64,000 nucleotides of DNA from NCBI GenBank assembly GCA_030390025.1, contig JASTWF010000350.1:372001-436000 (forward strand), given 5' to 3'. This document shows, piece by piece, positions 1 through 15,500 of this stretch (position 1 is the first letter of the stretch; the number at the start of each line of letters is the position of its first letter). The notes beneath the pieces are model-generated. The model searched no databases. It saw nothing but the letters and a program-made list of their open reading frames with translations, and was not told the origin of the DNA. The position numbers were made by a program, and so were the translations under genes. Source of the stretch: Squalus acanthias. Lineage: Eukaryota.

Positions 1-3000
1 GGGGATCATGGGAGTGATAATACTCTGACACAGAGGATCCCGGGAGTGATAATACTCTGACACAGAGGATCCCGGGAGTGATAATACTCTGACACAGGGG
101 ATCAGGGAGTGATAATACTCTGACACAGAGGATCCCGGAGTGATAATACTCTGACACAGGGATCCCGGGAGTGATAATACTCTGACACAGGGGATCCCGG
201 GAGTGATAATACTCTGACACAGGGATTCCCGGGAGTGATAATACTCTGACACAGGGATCCCGGGAGTGATAATACTCTGACACAGAGGATCCCGGGAGTG
301 ATAATACTCTGACACAGGGGATCATGGGAGTGATAATACTCTGACACAGAGGATCATGGGAGTGATAATACTCTGACACAGGGGATCATGGGAGTGATAA
401 TACTCTGACACAGAGGATCCCAGGAGTTATAATACTCTGACACAGAGGTCATGGGAGTGATAATACTCTGACACAGGGGATCATGGGAGTGATAATACTC
501 TGACACAGAGGATCATGGGAGTGCTAATACTCTGACACAGAGGATCATGGGAGTGATAATAATCTGATACAGGGGATCATGGGAGTGATAATACTTTGAC
601 ATAGAGGATCATGGGAGTGATAATACTCTGACACAGAGGATCCCGGGAGTGATAATACTCTGACACAGGGGATCATGGGAGTAATAATACTCTGACACAG
701 AGGATCATGGGAGTGATAATACTCAGACACAGGGGATCATGGGAGTGATAATACTCTGACACAGGGGGTCCCGGGATTGATAATACTCTGACACAAAGGA
801 TCCCGGAAGTGATAATACTCTGACACATGGTTCCCGCGAGTGATAATACTCTGACATAGGGGATCCCGGGAGTGATAATACTCTGACACAGGGATCCCGG
901 GAGTGATAATACTCTGACACAGGGATTCCCGGGAGTGATAATACTCTGACACAGGGGGTCCCGGGAGTGATAATACTCTGACACAGGGGATCATGGGAGT
1001 GATAATACGCTGACAAAGGGGATCATGGGAGTGATAATACTCTGACACAGATAATCTCAGGAGTGATAATACTCTGACACAGGTGATCATGGGAGTGATA
1101 ATATTCTGACACAGGGGATCATGGGAGTGATATTACACTGAAACAGAGGATCCATGGAGTGATATTACTCTGACATAGATAATCCCGGGAGTGATAATAC
1201 TCTGACAAAGGGGATCCCGTGAATGATAATACTCTGACACAGGGGATCATGGGAGTGATAATACTCTGACACAGGGGATCATGGGATTGATAATACTCTG
1301 ACAATGGGGATCATGGGAGTGATAATACTCAGACACAGAGGATCCTGGGAGTGATAATATTCTGACACAGATAATCCCAGGAGTCATAATACCCTGACAC
1401 AGAGGATCCCGGGAGTGATAATGCTCTGAAAACAGAGGTCTTCGGAGAGATAATACTCTGACAAAGAGGATCATGGGAGTGATAATACTCTGACCCAGGG
1501 GATCATGTGAGTGATATTACTCTGACACAGAGGATCCATGGAGTGATAATACTCTGACACAGGGGATCCCAGGAGTGATAATACTCTGACACAGAAGATC
1601 CCGGGATTGATAATACTCTGACACCGGGGATCATGGGAGTGATAATACTCTGACACAGGGGATCATGGGAGGGCTAATACTCCGACACCGGGGATCATGT
1701 GAGTGATAATACTTTGACGCAGGCGATCCCGTGAGTGATAATACTCTGACAAAGAGGATCCCGGGAGTGATATTACTCTGACACAGGGGATCATGGGAGT
1801 GATAATATTCTGACACAAATGATCATGGGAGTGATAATACTCTGACACAGGGGATCCTGGGAGTGATAATACACTGACACAGAGGATCCCAGGAGTGATA
1901 TTACTCTGACACAGGAGATCATGGTTGTGATAATACTCTGACACAGAGGATCCGGGGAGTGATAAAACTCTGACACAGAGGATCCGGGGAGTGATAATAC
2001 TCTGACACAGGGGATCACGGAAGTGCTAATACTCTGACACAGAGGATCCGGGGAGTGACAATACTTTGACACAGGGGATCCCGGGAGTGACCATACTCTG
2101 ACACAGAGGATCCGGGGAGTGATAATACTCTGACACAGGGTATCCCGGGAGTGATAATACTCTGACACAGAGGATCCCGGGAGTGATAATACTCTGACAC
2201 AGAGGATCCAGGGAGTGACAATACTCTGACACAGAGGATCCGGGGAGTGATAATACTCTGATACAGTGGATCCTAGAAGTGATATTTCTCTGTCAAAGAG
2301 GATCCCGAGATTGATAATACTCTGACACTGGTGATCTCCGGAGTGATAATACTCTGACACAGAGGATCCCAGGAGTGATAATACTCTGACACTGGGGATC
2401 ATGGGAGTGATAATACTCTGACACAGAGGATCCCAGGAGTTATAATACTCTGACACAGAGGTCATGGGAGTGATAATACTCTGACACAGAGGTTCCGGGG
2501 AGTGATAATACTCTGACACAGAAGATCGCGGGAGTGATAATACTCTGGCACATAGGATCTGGGGAGTGATATTTCTCTGATACAAAGGATCCCAGGAGTG
2601 ATAATACTCTGACACAGGGGACCATGGGAGTGATAATACTCTGACACAGAGGATCCCGGGTGTGATAATACTCTGACACAGAGTATCCTGGGAGTGATAA
2701 TACTCTGACACAGGGGATCATGGGAGTGATAATACTCTGACACAGAGGATCATGGGAGTGATAATACTCTGACACAGAGGATCATGGGAGTGATAATACT
2801 CTGACACAGGGGATCATGGGAGTGATAATACTCTGACACAGAGGATCATGGGAGTGATAATACTCTGACACAGAGGATCATGGGAGTGATAATACTCTGA
2901 CACAGGGGATCATGGGAGTGATAAAACTCAGACACAGAGGATCCCGGGAGTGATAATATTCTGACACAGAGGATCCCGGGAGTGATAATACACTTACACA

Positions 3001-6000
3001 GGGGATCATGGGAGTGATAATACTCTGACACAGGGGATCCCGGGATTGATAATACTCTGACACAGGGGATCATGGGAGTGATAATACTCTGACACAAAGG
3101 ATCATGGGAGTGATAATACTCTGACACAGGGGATCATGGGAGTGATAAAACTCAGACACAGAGGATCCTGGGAGTGATAACATTCTGACACAGAGGATCC
3201 CGGGAGTGATAATACTCTGACAAAGAGGATCCCGGGAGTGACATTACTCTGACACAGGGGAAAATGGGAGTGATATTACTCTGACACAGAGGATCCCGGG
3301 AGTGATAATACTCTGACAAAGAGGATCCCGGGATTGATAATTCTCTGACGCAGGGGATCATGGGAGTGATAATACTCTGACACAGAGGATCCCGGAAGTG
3401 ATAATACTCTGACACATGGTTCCCGCGAGTGATAATACTCTGACACAGGGGATCCCGGGAGTGATAATACTCTGACACAGGGGATTTCGGAGAGTGATAA
3501 TACTCTGACACAGGGGATCCCGGGAGTGATAATACTCTGACAAAGAGGATCCCGGGAGTGATATTACTCTGACACAGGGGATAATGGGAGTGATAATATT
3601 CTGACACAAATGATCATGGGAGTGATAATACTCTGACACAGGGGATCATGGGAGTGATAATACTCTGACACAGAGGATCCCAGGAGTTATAATACTCTGA
3701 CACAGAGGTCATGGGAGTGATAATACTCTGACACAGGGGATCATGGGAGTGATAATACTCTGACACAGAGGATCATGGGAGTGCTAATACTCTGACACAG
3801 AGGATCATGGGAGTGATAATAATCTGATACAGGGGATCATGGGAGTGATAATACTTTGACATAGAGGATCATGGGAGTGATAATACTCTGACACAGAGGA
3901 TCCCGGGAGTGATAATACTCTGACACAGGGGATCATGGGAGTATTAATACTCTGACACAGAGGATCATGGGAGTGATAATACTCAGACACAGGGGATCAT
4001 GGGAGTGATAATACTCTGACACAGGGGGTCCCGGGATTGATAATACTCTGACACAAAGGATCCCGGAAGTGATAATACTCTGACACATGGTTCCCGCGAG
4101 TGATAATACTCTGACATAGGGGATCCCGGGAGTGATAATACTCTGACACAGGGGATCCCGGGAGTGATAATACTCTGACACAGGGATTCCCGGGAGTGAT
4201 AATACTCTGACACAGGGGGTCCCGGGAGTGATAATACTCTGACACAGGGGATCATGGGAGTGATAATACGCTGACAAAGGGGATCATGGGAGTGATAATA
4301 CTCTGACACAGGTGATCATGGGAGTGATAATATTCTGACACAGGGGATCATGGGAGTGATATTACACTGAAACAGAGGATCCATGGAGTGATATTACTCT
4401 GACATAGATAATCCCGGGAGTGATAATACTCTGACAAAGGGGATCCCGTGAATGATAATACTCTGACACAGGGGATCATGGGAGTGATAATACTCTGACA
4501 CAGGGGATCATGGGATTGATAATACTCTGACAATGGGGATCATGGGAGTGATAATACTCAGACACAGAGGATCCTGGGAGTGATAATATTCTGACACAGA
4601 TAATCCCAGGAGTCATAATACCCTGACACAGAGGATCCCGGGAGTGATAATGCTCTGAAAACAGAGGTCTTCGGAGAGATAATACTCTGACAAAGAGGAT
4701 CATGGGCGTGATAATACTCTGACCCAGGGGATCATGTGAGTGATATTACTCTGACACAGAGGATCCATGGAGTGATAATACTCTGACACCGGGATCATGG
4801 GAGTGATAATACTCTGACACAGGGGATCATGGGAGGGCTAATACTCCGACACCGGGGATCATGTGAGTGATCATAATTTGACGCAGGCGATCCCGTGAGT
4901 GATAATACTCTGACAAAGAGGATCCCGGGAGTGATATTACTCTGACACAGGGGATCATGGGAGTGATAATATTCTGACACAAATGATCATGGGAGTGATA
5001 ATACTCTGACACAGGGGATCCTGGGAGTGATAATACTCTGACACAGAGGATCCCAGGAGTGATATTACTCTGACACAGGAGATCATGGTTGTGATAATAC
5101 TCTGACACAGAGGATCCGGGGAGTGATAAAACTCTGACACAGAGGATCCGGGGAGTGATAATACTCTGACACAGGGGATCACGGAAGTGCTAATACTCTG
5201 ACGCAGAGGATCCGGGGAGTGACAATACTTTGACACAGGGGATCCCGGGAGTGACCATACTCTGACACAGAGGATCCGGGGAGTGATAATACTCTGACAC
5301 AGGGTATCCCGGGAGTGATAATACTCTGACACAGAGGATCCCGGGAGTGATAATACTCTGACACAGAGGATCCAGGGAGTGACAATACTCTGACACAGAG
5401 GATCCGGGGAGTGATAATACTCTGATACAGTGGATCCTAGAAGTGATATTTCTCTGTCAAAGAGGATCCCGAGATTGATAATACTCTGACACTGGTGATC
5501 TCCGGAGTGATAATACTCTGACACAGAGGATCCCAGGAGTGATAATACTCTGACACTGGGGATCATGGGAGTGATAATACTCTGACACAGAGGATCCCAG
5601 GAGTTATAATACTCTGACACAGAGGTCATGGGAGTGATAATACTCTGACACAGAGGTTCCGGGGAGTGATAATACTCTGACACAGAAGATCGCGGGAGTG
5701 ATAATACTCTGGCACATAGGATCTGGGGAGTGATATTTCTCTGACACAAAGGATCCCAGGAGTGATAATACTCTGACACAGGGGATCATGGGAGTGATAA
5801 TACTCTGACACAAAGGATCATGGGAGTGATAATACTCTGACACAGGGGATCATGGGAGTGATAAAACTCAGACACAGAGGATCCTGGGAGTGATAACATT
5901 CTGACACAGAGGATCCCGGGAGTGATAATACTCTGACAAAGAGGATCCCGGGAGTGACATTACTCTGACACAGGGGAAAATGGGAGTGATATTACTCTGA

Positions 6001-6399
6001 CACAGAGGATCCCGGGAGTGATAATACTCTGACAAAGAGGATCCCGGGAGTGATATTACTCTGACACAGGGGATAATGGGAGTGATAATATTCTGACACA
6101 AATGATCATGGGAGTGATAATACTCTGACACAGGGGATCATGGGAGTGATAATACTCTGACACAGAGGATCCCAGGAGTTATAATACTCTGACACAGAGG
6201 TCATGGGAGTGATAATACTCTGACACAGGGGATCATGGGAGTGATAATACTCTGACACAGAGGATCATGGGAGTGCTAATACTCTGACACAGAGGATCAT
6301 GGGAGTGATAATAATCTGATACAGGGGATCATGGGAGTGATAATACTTTGACATAGAGGATCATGGGAGTGATAATACTCTGACACAGAGGATCCCGTG

Positions 6400-6599
6400 N
6401 NNNNNNNNNNNNNNNNNNNNNNNNNNNNNNNNNNNNNNNNNNNNNNNNNNNNNNNNNNNNNNNNNNNNNNNNNNNNNNNNNNNNNNNNNNNNNNNNNNNN
6501 NNNNNNNNNNNNNNNNNNNNNNNNNNNNNNNNNNNNNNNNNNNNNNNNNNNNNNNNNNNNNNNNNNNNNNNNNNNNNNNNNNNNNNNNNNNNNNNNNNN
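6400..6599. other. Assembly gap (200 N)
   Basis: Run of N inside the satellite. Confidence 0.99.
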
Positions 6600-9147
6600 C
6601 GGGAGTGATAATAATCTGACACAGGGCATCCCGGGAGTGATAAAACTCTGACACAGTGGATCATGGGAGTGATAATACTCTGACACAGAGGATCCCAGGA
6701 GTGATAATACTCTGACACAGGGGATCACGGGATTGATAATACTCTGACAGAGGGGATCCCAGGAGTGATAATACTCTGACATAAGGGATCCCGGGATTGA
6801 TAATACTCTGACACACGGGATCATCGGAGTGATAATACTCTGACACAGATAATCCCAGGAGTCATAATACCCTGACACAGAGGATCCCGGGAGTGATAAT
6901 ACTCTGACACACGGGATCATCGGAGTGATAATACTCTGACACAGATAATCCCAGGAGTCATAATACCCTGACACAGAGGATCCCGGGAGTGATAATACTC
7001 TGACACAGGGGATCACGGGATTGATATTACTCTGACAGAGGGGATCCCAGGAGTGATAATACTCTGACATAGGGGATCCCGGGATTGATAATACTCTGAC
7101 ACACGGGATCCCGGGAGTGATAATAATCTGACACAGGGGATCATGGGAGTGATAATACTCTGACAAAGGGGATCATGGGAGTGATAATACCCTGACACAG
7201 GGGATCCCGGGTTTGATAATACTCTGACACAGGGGATCCCAGGAGTGATAATACTCTGACACAGGGGATCACGGGAGTGATAATACTCTGACACAGAGTA
7301 TTCCTGGAGTGATAGTACTCTGACACAGAAGATCATGGGAGTGATGATACTCTGACACAGGGGATTCCGGGAGTGATAATAATCTGACACAGGGTATTCC
7401 GGGAGTGATAATACTCTGACACAGGGCATCCCGGGAGTGATAAAACTCTGACACAGAGGATCATGGGAGTGATAATACTCTGACACAGAGGATCCCAGGA
7501 GTGATAATACTCTGACACAGGGGATCACGGGATTGATAATACCCTGACAGAGGGGATCCCAGGAGTGATCATACTCTGACATAGGGGATCCCGGGATTGA
7601 TAATACTCCAACACACGGGATCATCGGAGTGATAATACTCTGACACAGATAATCCCAGGAGTCATAATACAATGACACAGAGGATCCCGGGAGTGATAAT
7701 ACTCTGACACAGGGGATCACGGGATTGATATTGCTCTGACAGAGGGGATCCCAGGAGTGATAATACCCTGACACAGGGGATCCCGGGTTTGATAATACTC
7801 TGACACAGGGGATCCCAGGAGTGATAATACTCTGACACAGAGGATCCGGGGAGTGATAATACTCTGACACAGAGGATCCCGGGAGTGATATTTCTCTGTC
7901 AAAGGGGATCCCCGGAGTGATAATACTCTGACACAGGTGATCCCCGGAGTGATAATACTCTGACACAGGGGATCATGGGAGTGATAATACTCTGACACAG
8001 AGGATCCCGGGAGTGATAATACTCTGACACATAGGATCCAGGGAGTGATAATACTCTGACACAGAGGATCCGGGGAGAGATAATACTCTGACACAGGGAA
8101 TCCCGGGAGTGATGATACTCTGACAGAGGGGATTCCGGGAGTGATAATAATCTGACACAGGGCATCCCGGGAGTGATAAAACTCTGACACAGTGGATCAT
8201 GGGAGTGATAATACTCTGACACAGAGGATCCCAGGAGTGATAATACTCTGACACAGAGGATCCATGGAGTGATAATCCTCTGACACAGGGGATCCCAGGA
8301 GTGATAATACCCTGACAAAGAGGTTCCCGGGAGTGATAATACTCTGACAGAGAGGATCCCGGGTTTGATAATACTCTGACGCCGGGGATCATGGGAGTGA
8401 TAATACTCTGACACAGGGGATCATTGGAGGGATAATACTCTGACACAGTGGATCATGTGAGTGATAATACTCTGACACAGGGGATCCCGGGAGTGATAAT
8501 ACTCTGACACAGAGGATAATGGGAGTGATAATACTCTGACACAGGGGATCATGTGAGTGATAATACTTTGACGCAGGCGATCCCGGGAGTGATAATACTC
8601 TGACACAGAGGATAATGGGAGTGATAATACTCTGACACAAAGGATCATGGCAGTGACAATACTCTGACACAGAGTATCATGAGAGTGATAATACTCTAAC
8701 ACAGAGGATCCCAGGAGTGATATTACTGTGACACAGGAGATCATGGTTGTGATAATACTCTGACACAGAGGATCCCGGGAGTGATAATACTCTGACACAG
8801 AGGATTTCGCGAGTGATAATACTCTGACACAGAGGATCCAGGGAGTGATAATACTCTGACACAGAGGATCCGGGGAGTGATAATACTCTGACACAGAGGA
8901 TCCCGGGAGTGATATTTCTCTGTCAAAGGGGATCCCGGGATTGATAATACTCTGACACAGGTGATCCCCGGAGTGATAATACTCTGACACAGGTGATCCC
9001 CGGAGTGATAATACTCTGACACAGGGGATCCCCGGAGTGATAATACTCTGACACAGGGGATCATGGGAGTGATAATACTCTGACACAGAGGATCCCGGGA
9101 GTGATAATACTCTGACACATAGGATCGAGGGAGTGATAATACTCTGA

Positions 9148-9599
9148 NNNNNNNNNNNNNNNNNNNNNNNNNNNNNNNNNNNNNNNNNNNNNNNNNNNNN
9201 NNNNNNNNNNNNNNNNNNNNNNNNNNNNNNNNNNNNNNNNNNNNNNNNNNNNNNNNNNNNNNNNNNNNNNNNNNNNNNNNNNNNNNNNNNNNNNNNNNNN
9301 NNNNNNNNNNNNNNNNNNNNNNNNNNNNNNNNNNNNNNNNNNNNNNNNNNNNNNNNNNNNNNNNNNNNNNNNNNNNNNNNNNNNNNNNNNNNNNNNNNNN
9401 NNNNNNNNNNNNNNNNNNNNNNNNNNNNNNNNNNNNNNNNNNNNNNNNNNNNNNNNNNNNNNNNNNNNNNNNNNNNNNNNNNNNNNNNNNNNNNNNNNNN
9501 NNNNNNNNNNNNNNNNNNNNNNNNNNNNNNNNNNNNNNNNNNNNNNNNNNNNNNNNNNNNNNNNNNNNNNNNNNNNNNNNNNNNNNNNNNNNNNNNNNN
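9148..9599. other. Assembly gap (452 N)
   Basis: Run of N inside the satellite. Confidence 0.99.
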
Positions 9600-12500
9600 C
9601 AGAGATCCCGGGAGTGATAATACTCTGAAAACAGAGGTCTTCGGAGAGATAATACTCTGACACAGAGGATCATGGGAGTGATAATACTCTGACACAGAGG
9701 ATCATGGGAGCGATAATACTCTGACACAGGGGATCATGTGAGTGATATTACTCTGACGCAGAGGATCCATGGAGTGATAATACTCTGACACAGGTGATCC
9801 CAGGAGTGATAATACCCTGACACAGAGGATCCGGGGAGTGATAATACTCTGACACAGGGTATCCCGGGAGTGATAATACTCTGACACAGTGGATCATGGG
9901 AGTGATAATACTCTGACAAAGGGGATCATGGGAGTGATAATACTCTGACACAGGGGATCCTGGGAATGCTAATACTCTGACACATGGGATCACGGGAGTG
10001 ATAATACTCTGACACAGATAATCCCAGGAGTCATAATACCATGACACAGAGGATCCCGGGAGTGATAATACTCTGACACAGTGGATCCCAGGAGTGATTA
10101 TACTCTGACACAGGGGATCACGGGAGTGATAATACTCTGACACAGAATATTCCTGGAGTGATAGTACTCTGACACAGAGGATCATGGGATTGATAATACT
10201 TTGACACAGTGGATCCCGGGAGTGATAATACTCTGACACAGGTGATCCCGGGAGTGATAATACTCTGACACAGGAGATCCCAGGTGTGATAAAACTCTGA
10301 CACAGTGGATCCCGGGAGTGATAATACTCTGACACAGGGGATTCCGGGAGTGATAATAATCTGACACGGGGATTCCAGGAGTGATAATGCTCTGACATAG
10401 GGGATCCAGGGATTGATAATACTCTGACACATGGGATCATCGGAGTGATAATACTCTGACACAGATAATCCCAGGAGTCATAATACCCTGACACAGAGGA
10501 TCATGGGAGTGATAATACTCTGACATAGAGGATCATTGAAGTGATAATACTCTGACACAGGGGATCATGTGAGTGATATTACTCTGACAGAGAGGATGCA
10601 TGGAGTGATAATACTCTGACACAGGGGATCCCGGGAGTGATAATACCCTGACACAGAGGATCCCGGGAGTGATAATACTCTGACACAGAGGATCCTGGGA
10701 TTGATAATACTCTGACACCGGGGATCATGGGAGTGATAATACTCTGACACAGGGGATCATGTGAGTGATAATACTTTGACGCAGGCGATCCCGTGAGTGA
10801 TAATACTCTGACACAGAGTATCCCGGGAGTGATATTACTCTGACACAGGGGATAATGGGAGTGATAATACTCTGACACAAAGGATCATGGGAGTGATAAT
10901 ACTCTGACACAGGGGATCATGGGAGTGATAATACTGTGACACAGAGGATCCCAGCGGTGATATTACTCTGACACAGGAGATCATGGTTGTGATAATACTC
11001 TGACACAGGGGATCCGGGGAGTGATAATACTTTGACACAGGGGATCCCGGGAGTGACCATACTCTGACACAGAGGATCCGGGGAGTGATAATACTTTTAC
11101 ACAGGGGATCCCGGGAGTGACCATACTCTGACACAGAGGATCCGGGGAGTGATAATACTATGACACAGAGGATCCAGGGAGTGATAATACTCTGACACAG
11201 AGGATCCGGGGAGTGATAATACTCTGACACAGAGGATCCCGGGAGTGATAATACTCTGATACAGTGGATCCCAGAAGTGATATTTCTCTGTCAAAGAGGA
11301 TCCCGGTATTGATAATACTCTGACACTGGTGATCCCCGGAGTGATAATACTCTGACACGGAGGATCCCAGGACTGATAATACTCTGACACAGGGGATCAT
11401 GGAAGTGATAATACTCTGACACAGAGGATCCCAGGAGTTATAATACTCTGACACAGAGGTCATGGGAGTGATAATACTCTGACACAGGGGATCATGGGAG
11501 TGATAATACTCTGACACAGAGGATCCCGGGTGTGATAATACTCTGACACAGAGTATCCTGGGAGTGAAAATACTCTGACACAGGGTATAATGGGAGTGAT
11601 AATACTCTGACACAGAAGATCATGGGAGTGATAATACTCTGACACAGAGGATCATGGGAGTGATAATACTCTGACACAGAGGATCCATGGAGTGATAATA
11701 CTCTGACACAGAGGATCCTGGTAGTGATAATATTCTGACACAGAGGATCCCGGGAGTGATAATACACTTACACAGGGGATCATGGGAGTGATAATACTCT
11801 GACACAGGGGATCCCGGGATTGATAATTCTCTGACACAGGGGATCCCGGGATTGATAATTCTCTGACACAGGGGATCATGGGAGTGATAAGACTCTGATA
11901 CCGAGGATCCCGGGAGTGATAATACTCTGACACATGGTTCCTGGGAGTGATAATACTCTGACACAGGGGATCCCGGTAGTGATAATACTCTGACACAGGG
12001 GATCCCGGGAGTGAGAATACTCTGACACAGGGATTCCCGGGAGTGATAATACTCTGACACAGGGGATCCCGGGAGTGATAATACTCTGACACAGGGGATT
12101 TCGGAGAGTGATAATACTCTGACACAGGGGATCCCGGGAGTGATAATACACTGACACAGGTGATCATGGGAGTGATAATACGCTGACAAAGAGGATCATG
12201 GGAGTGATAATACTCTGACACAGGGGATCCCGGTTGTGATAATACTCTGACACAGAGGCTCATGGGAGTGATAATACTCTGACACAGAGGATCCCGGGAG
12301 TGATAATACTCTGACGCAGGTGATCATGGGAGTGATAATATTCTGACACAGGGGATCATGGGAGTGATATTACTCTGACACAGAGTATCCATGGAGTGAT
12401 ATTACTCTGACATAGATAATCCCAGGAGTGATTATACCCTGTCACAGAGTATCCCGGGAGTGATAATACTTTGACAAAGGGGATCCCGTGAGTGATAATA

Positions 12501-15500
12501 CTCTGACACAGGGGATCATGGGAGTGATAATACTCTAACACAGGGGATCATGGGATTGATAATACTCTGACAATGGGGATCATGGGAGTGATAATACTCA
12601 GACGCAGAGGATCCTGGGAGTGATAATATTCTGACACAGAGGATCCCGGGAGTGATAATACTCTGATACAGAGGATCCCAGGAGTGATAATACTCTGACA
12701 CATTGTTCCCGGGAGTGATAATACTCTGACACAGGGGATCCCGGGAGTGATAATACTCTGACACTGGGGATCCCGGGAGTGATAATACTCTGATACAGGG
12801 GATCATGGGAGTGATAATACTCTGACAAAGGGGAACATGGGAGTGATAATACTCTGACACAAAGGACCCGGAGAGTGATAATACTCTGACACAGGTAATC
12901 CCGGGAGTGATAATACTCTGAAACAGAGGATCCCAGGAGTGATAATACTCTGACACAGTGGATCCCAGGAGTGATTATACTCTGACACAGGGGATCACGG
13001 GAGTGATAATACTCTGACACAGAATATTCCTGGAGTGATAGTACTCTGACACAGAGGATCATGGGATTGATAATACTTTGACACAGTGGATCCCGGGAGT
13101 GATAATACTCTGACACAGGTGATCCCGGGAGTGATAATACTCTGACACAGGGGATCCCAGGTGTGATAAAACTCTGACACAGTGGATCCCGGGAGTGATA
13201 ATACTCTGACACAGGGGATTCCGGGAGTGATAATAATCTGACACAGGGGATTCCAGGAGTGATAATACTCTGACATAGGGGATCCAGGGATTGATAATAC
13301 TCTGACACATGGGATCATCGGAGTGATAATACTCTGACACAGATAATCCCAGGAGTCATAATACCCTGACACAGAGGATCATGGGAGTGATAATACTCTG
13401 ACATAGAGGATCATTGAAGTGATAATACTCTGACACAGGGGATCATGTGAGTGATATTACTCTGACACAGAGGATGCATGGAGTGATAATACTCTGACAC
13501 AGGGGATCCCAGGAATGATAATACCCTGACACAGAGGATCCCGGGAGTGATAATACTCTGACACAGAGGATCCTGGGATTGATAATACTCTGACACCGGG
13601 GATCATGGGAGTGATAATACTCTGACACAGGGGATCATGTGAGTGATAATACTTTGACGCAGGCGATCCCGTGAGTGATAATACTCTGACACAGAGGATC
13701 CCGGGAGTGATATTACTCTGACACAGGGGATAATGGGAGTGATAATACTCTGACACAAAGGATCATGGGAGTGATAATACTCTGACACAGGGGATCATGG
13801 GAGTGATAATACTGTGACACAGAGGATCCCAGGAGTGATATTACTCTGACACAGGAGATCATGGTTGTGATAATACTCTGACAGAGAGGATCCGGGGAGT
13901 GATAATACTCTGACACAGGGGATCCAGGGAGTGAGAATACTCTGACACAGGGATTCCCGGGAGTGATAATACTCTGACACAGGGGATCCCGGGAGTGATA
14001 ATACTCTGACACAGGGATTTCGGAGAGTGATAATACTCTGACACAGGGGATCCCGGTAGTGATAATACTCTGACACAGGGGATCCCGGGAGTGAGAATAC
14101 TCTGACACAGGGATTCCCGGGAGTGATAATACTCTGACACAGTGGATCCCGGGAGTGATAATACTCTGACACAGGGGATTTCGGAGGGTGATAATACTCT
14201 GACACAGGGGATCATGGGTGTGATAATACTCTGACAATGGGGATCATGGGAGTGATAATACTCTGACACAGGGGATCCCGGGAGTGATAATACTCTGACA
14301 CAGGTGATCATGGGAGTGATAATACGCTGACAAAGAGGATCATGGGAGTGATAATACTCTGACACAGGGGATCCCGGGTGTGATAATACTCTGACACAGA
14401 GGCTCATGGGAGTGATAATACTCTGACACAGAGGATCCCGGGAGTGATAATACTCTGACGCAGGTGATCATGGGAGTGATAATATTCTGACACAGGGGAT
14501 CATGGGAGTGATATTACTCTGACACAGAGTATCCATGGAGTGATATTACTCTGACATAGATAATCCCAGGAGTGATTATACCCTGACGCAGAGTATCCCG
14601 GGAGTGATAATACTTTGACAAAGGGGATCCCGGGAGTGATAATACTCTGACACAGGGGATCATGGGAGTGATAATACTCTGACACAGAGGATCATGGGAG
14701 TGATAATACTCTGACACAGGGGATCATGGATTGATAATACTCTGACAATGGGGATCATGGGAGTGACAATACTCAGACACAGAGGATCCTGGGAGTGATA
14801 ATATTCTGACACAGAGGATCCCGGGAGTGATAATACTCTGACACAGCGGATCATGGGAGTGATAATACTCTGACACATTGTTCCCGGGAGTGATAATACT
14901 CTGACACAGGAGATCCCGGGAGTGATAATACTCTGACACAGGGGATCCCGGGAGTGATAATACTCTGACACAGGGGATCATGGGAGTGATAATACTCTGA
15001 CACAGAGGATCCCGGGAGTGATAATACTCTGACACATGCTTCCCGGGAGTGATAATACTCTGACACAGGGGATCCCGGGAGTGATAATACTTTGACACAG
15101 GGGATCCCGGGAGTGATAATACTCTGACACAGGGGATCCCAGGTGTGATAAAACTCTGACACAGTGGATCCTGGGAGTGATAATACTCTGACACAGGGGA
15201 TTCCGTGAGTGATAATACTCTGACACAGAATATTCCTGGAGTGATAATACTCTGACATAGGGGATCCAGGGATTGATAATACTCTGACACATGGGATCAT
15301 CGGAATGATAATACTCTGACACAGATAATCCCAGGAGTCATAATACCCTGACACAGAGGATCATGGGAGTGATAATACTCTGACATAGAGGATCATTGAA
15401 GTGATAATACTCTGACACAGGGGATCATGTGAGTGATATTACTCTGACACAGAGGATGCATGGAGTGATAATACTCTGACACAGGGGATCCCAGGAGTGA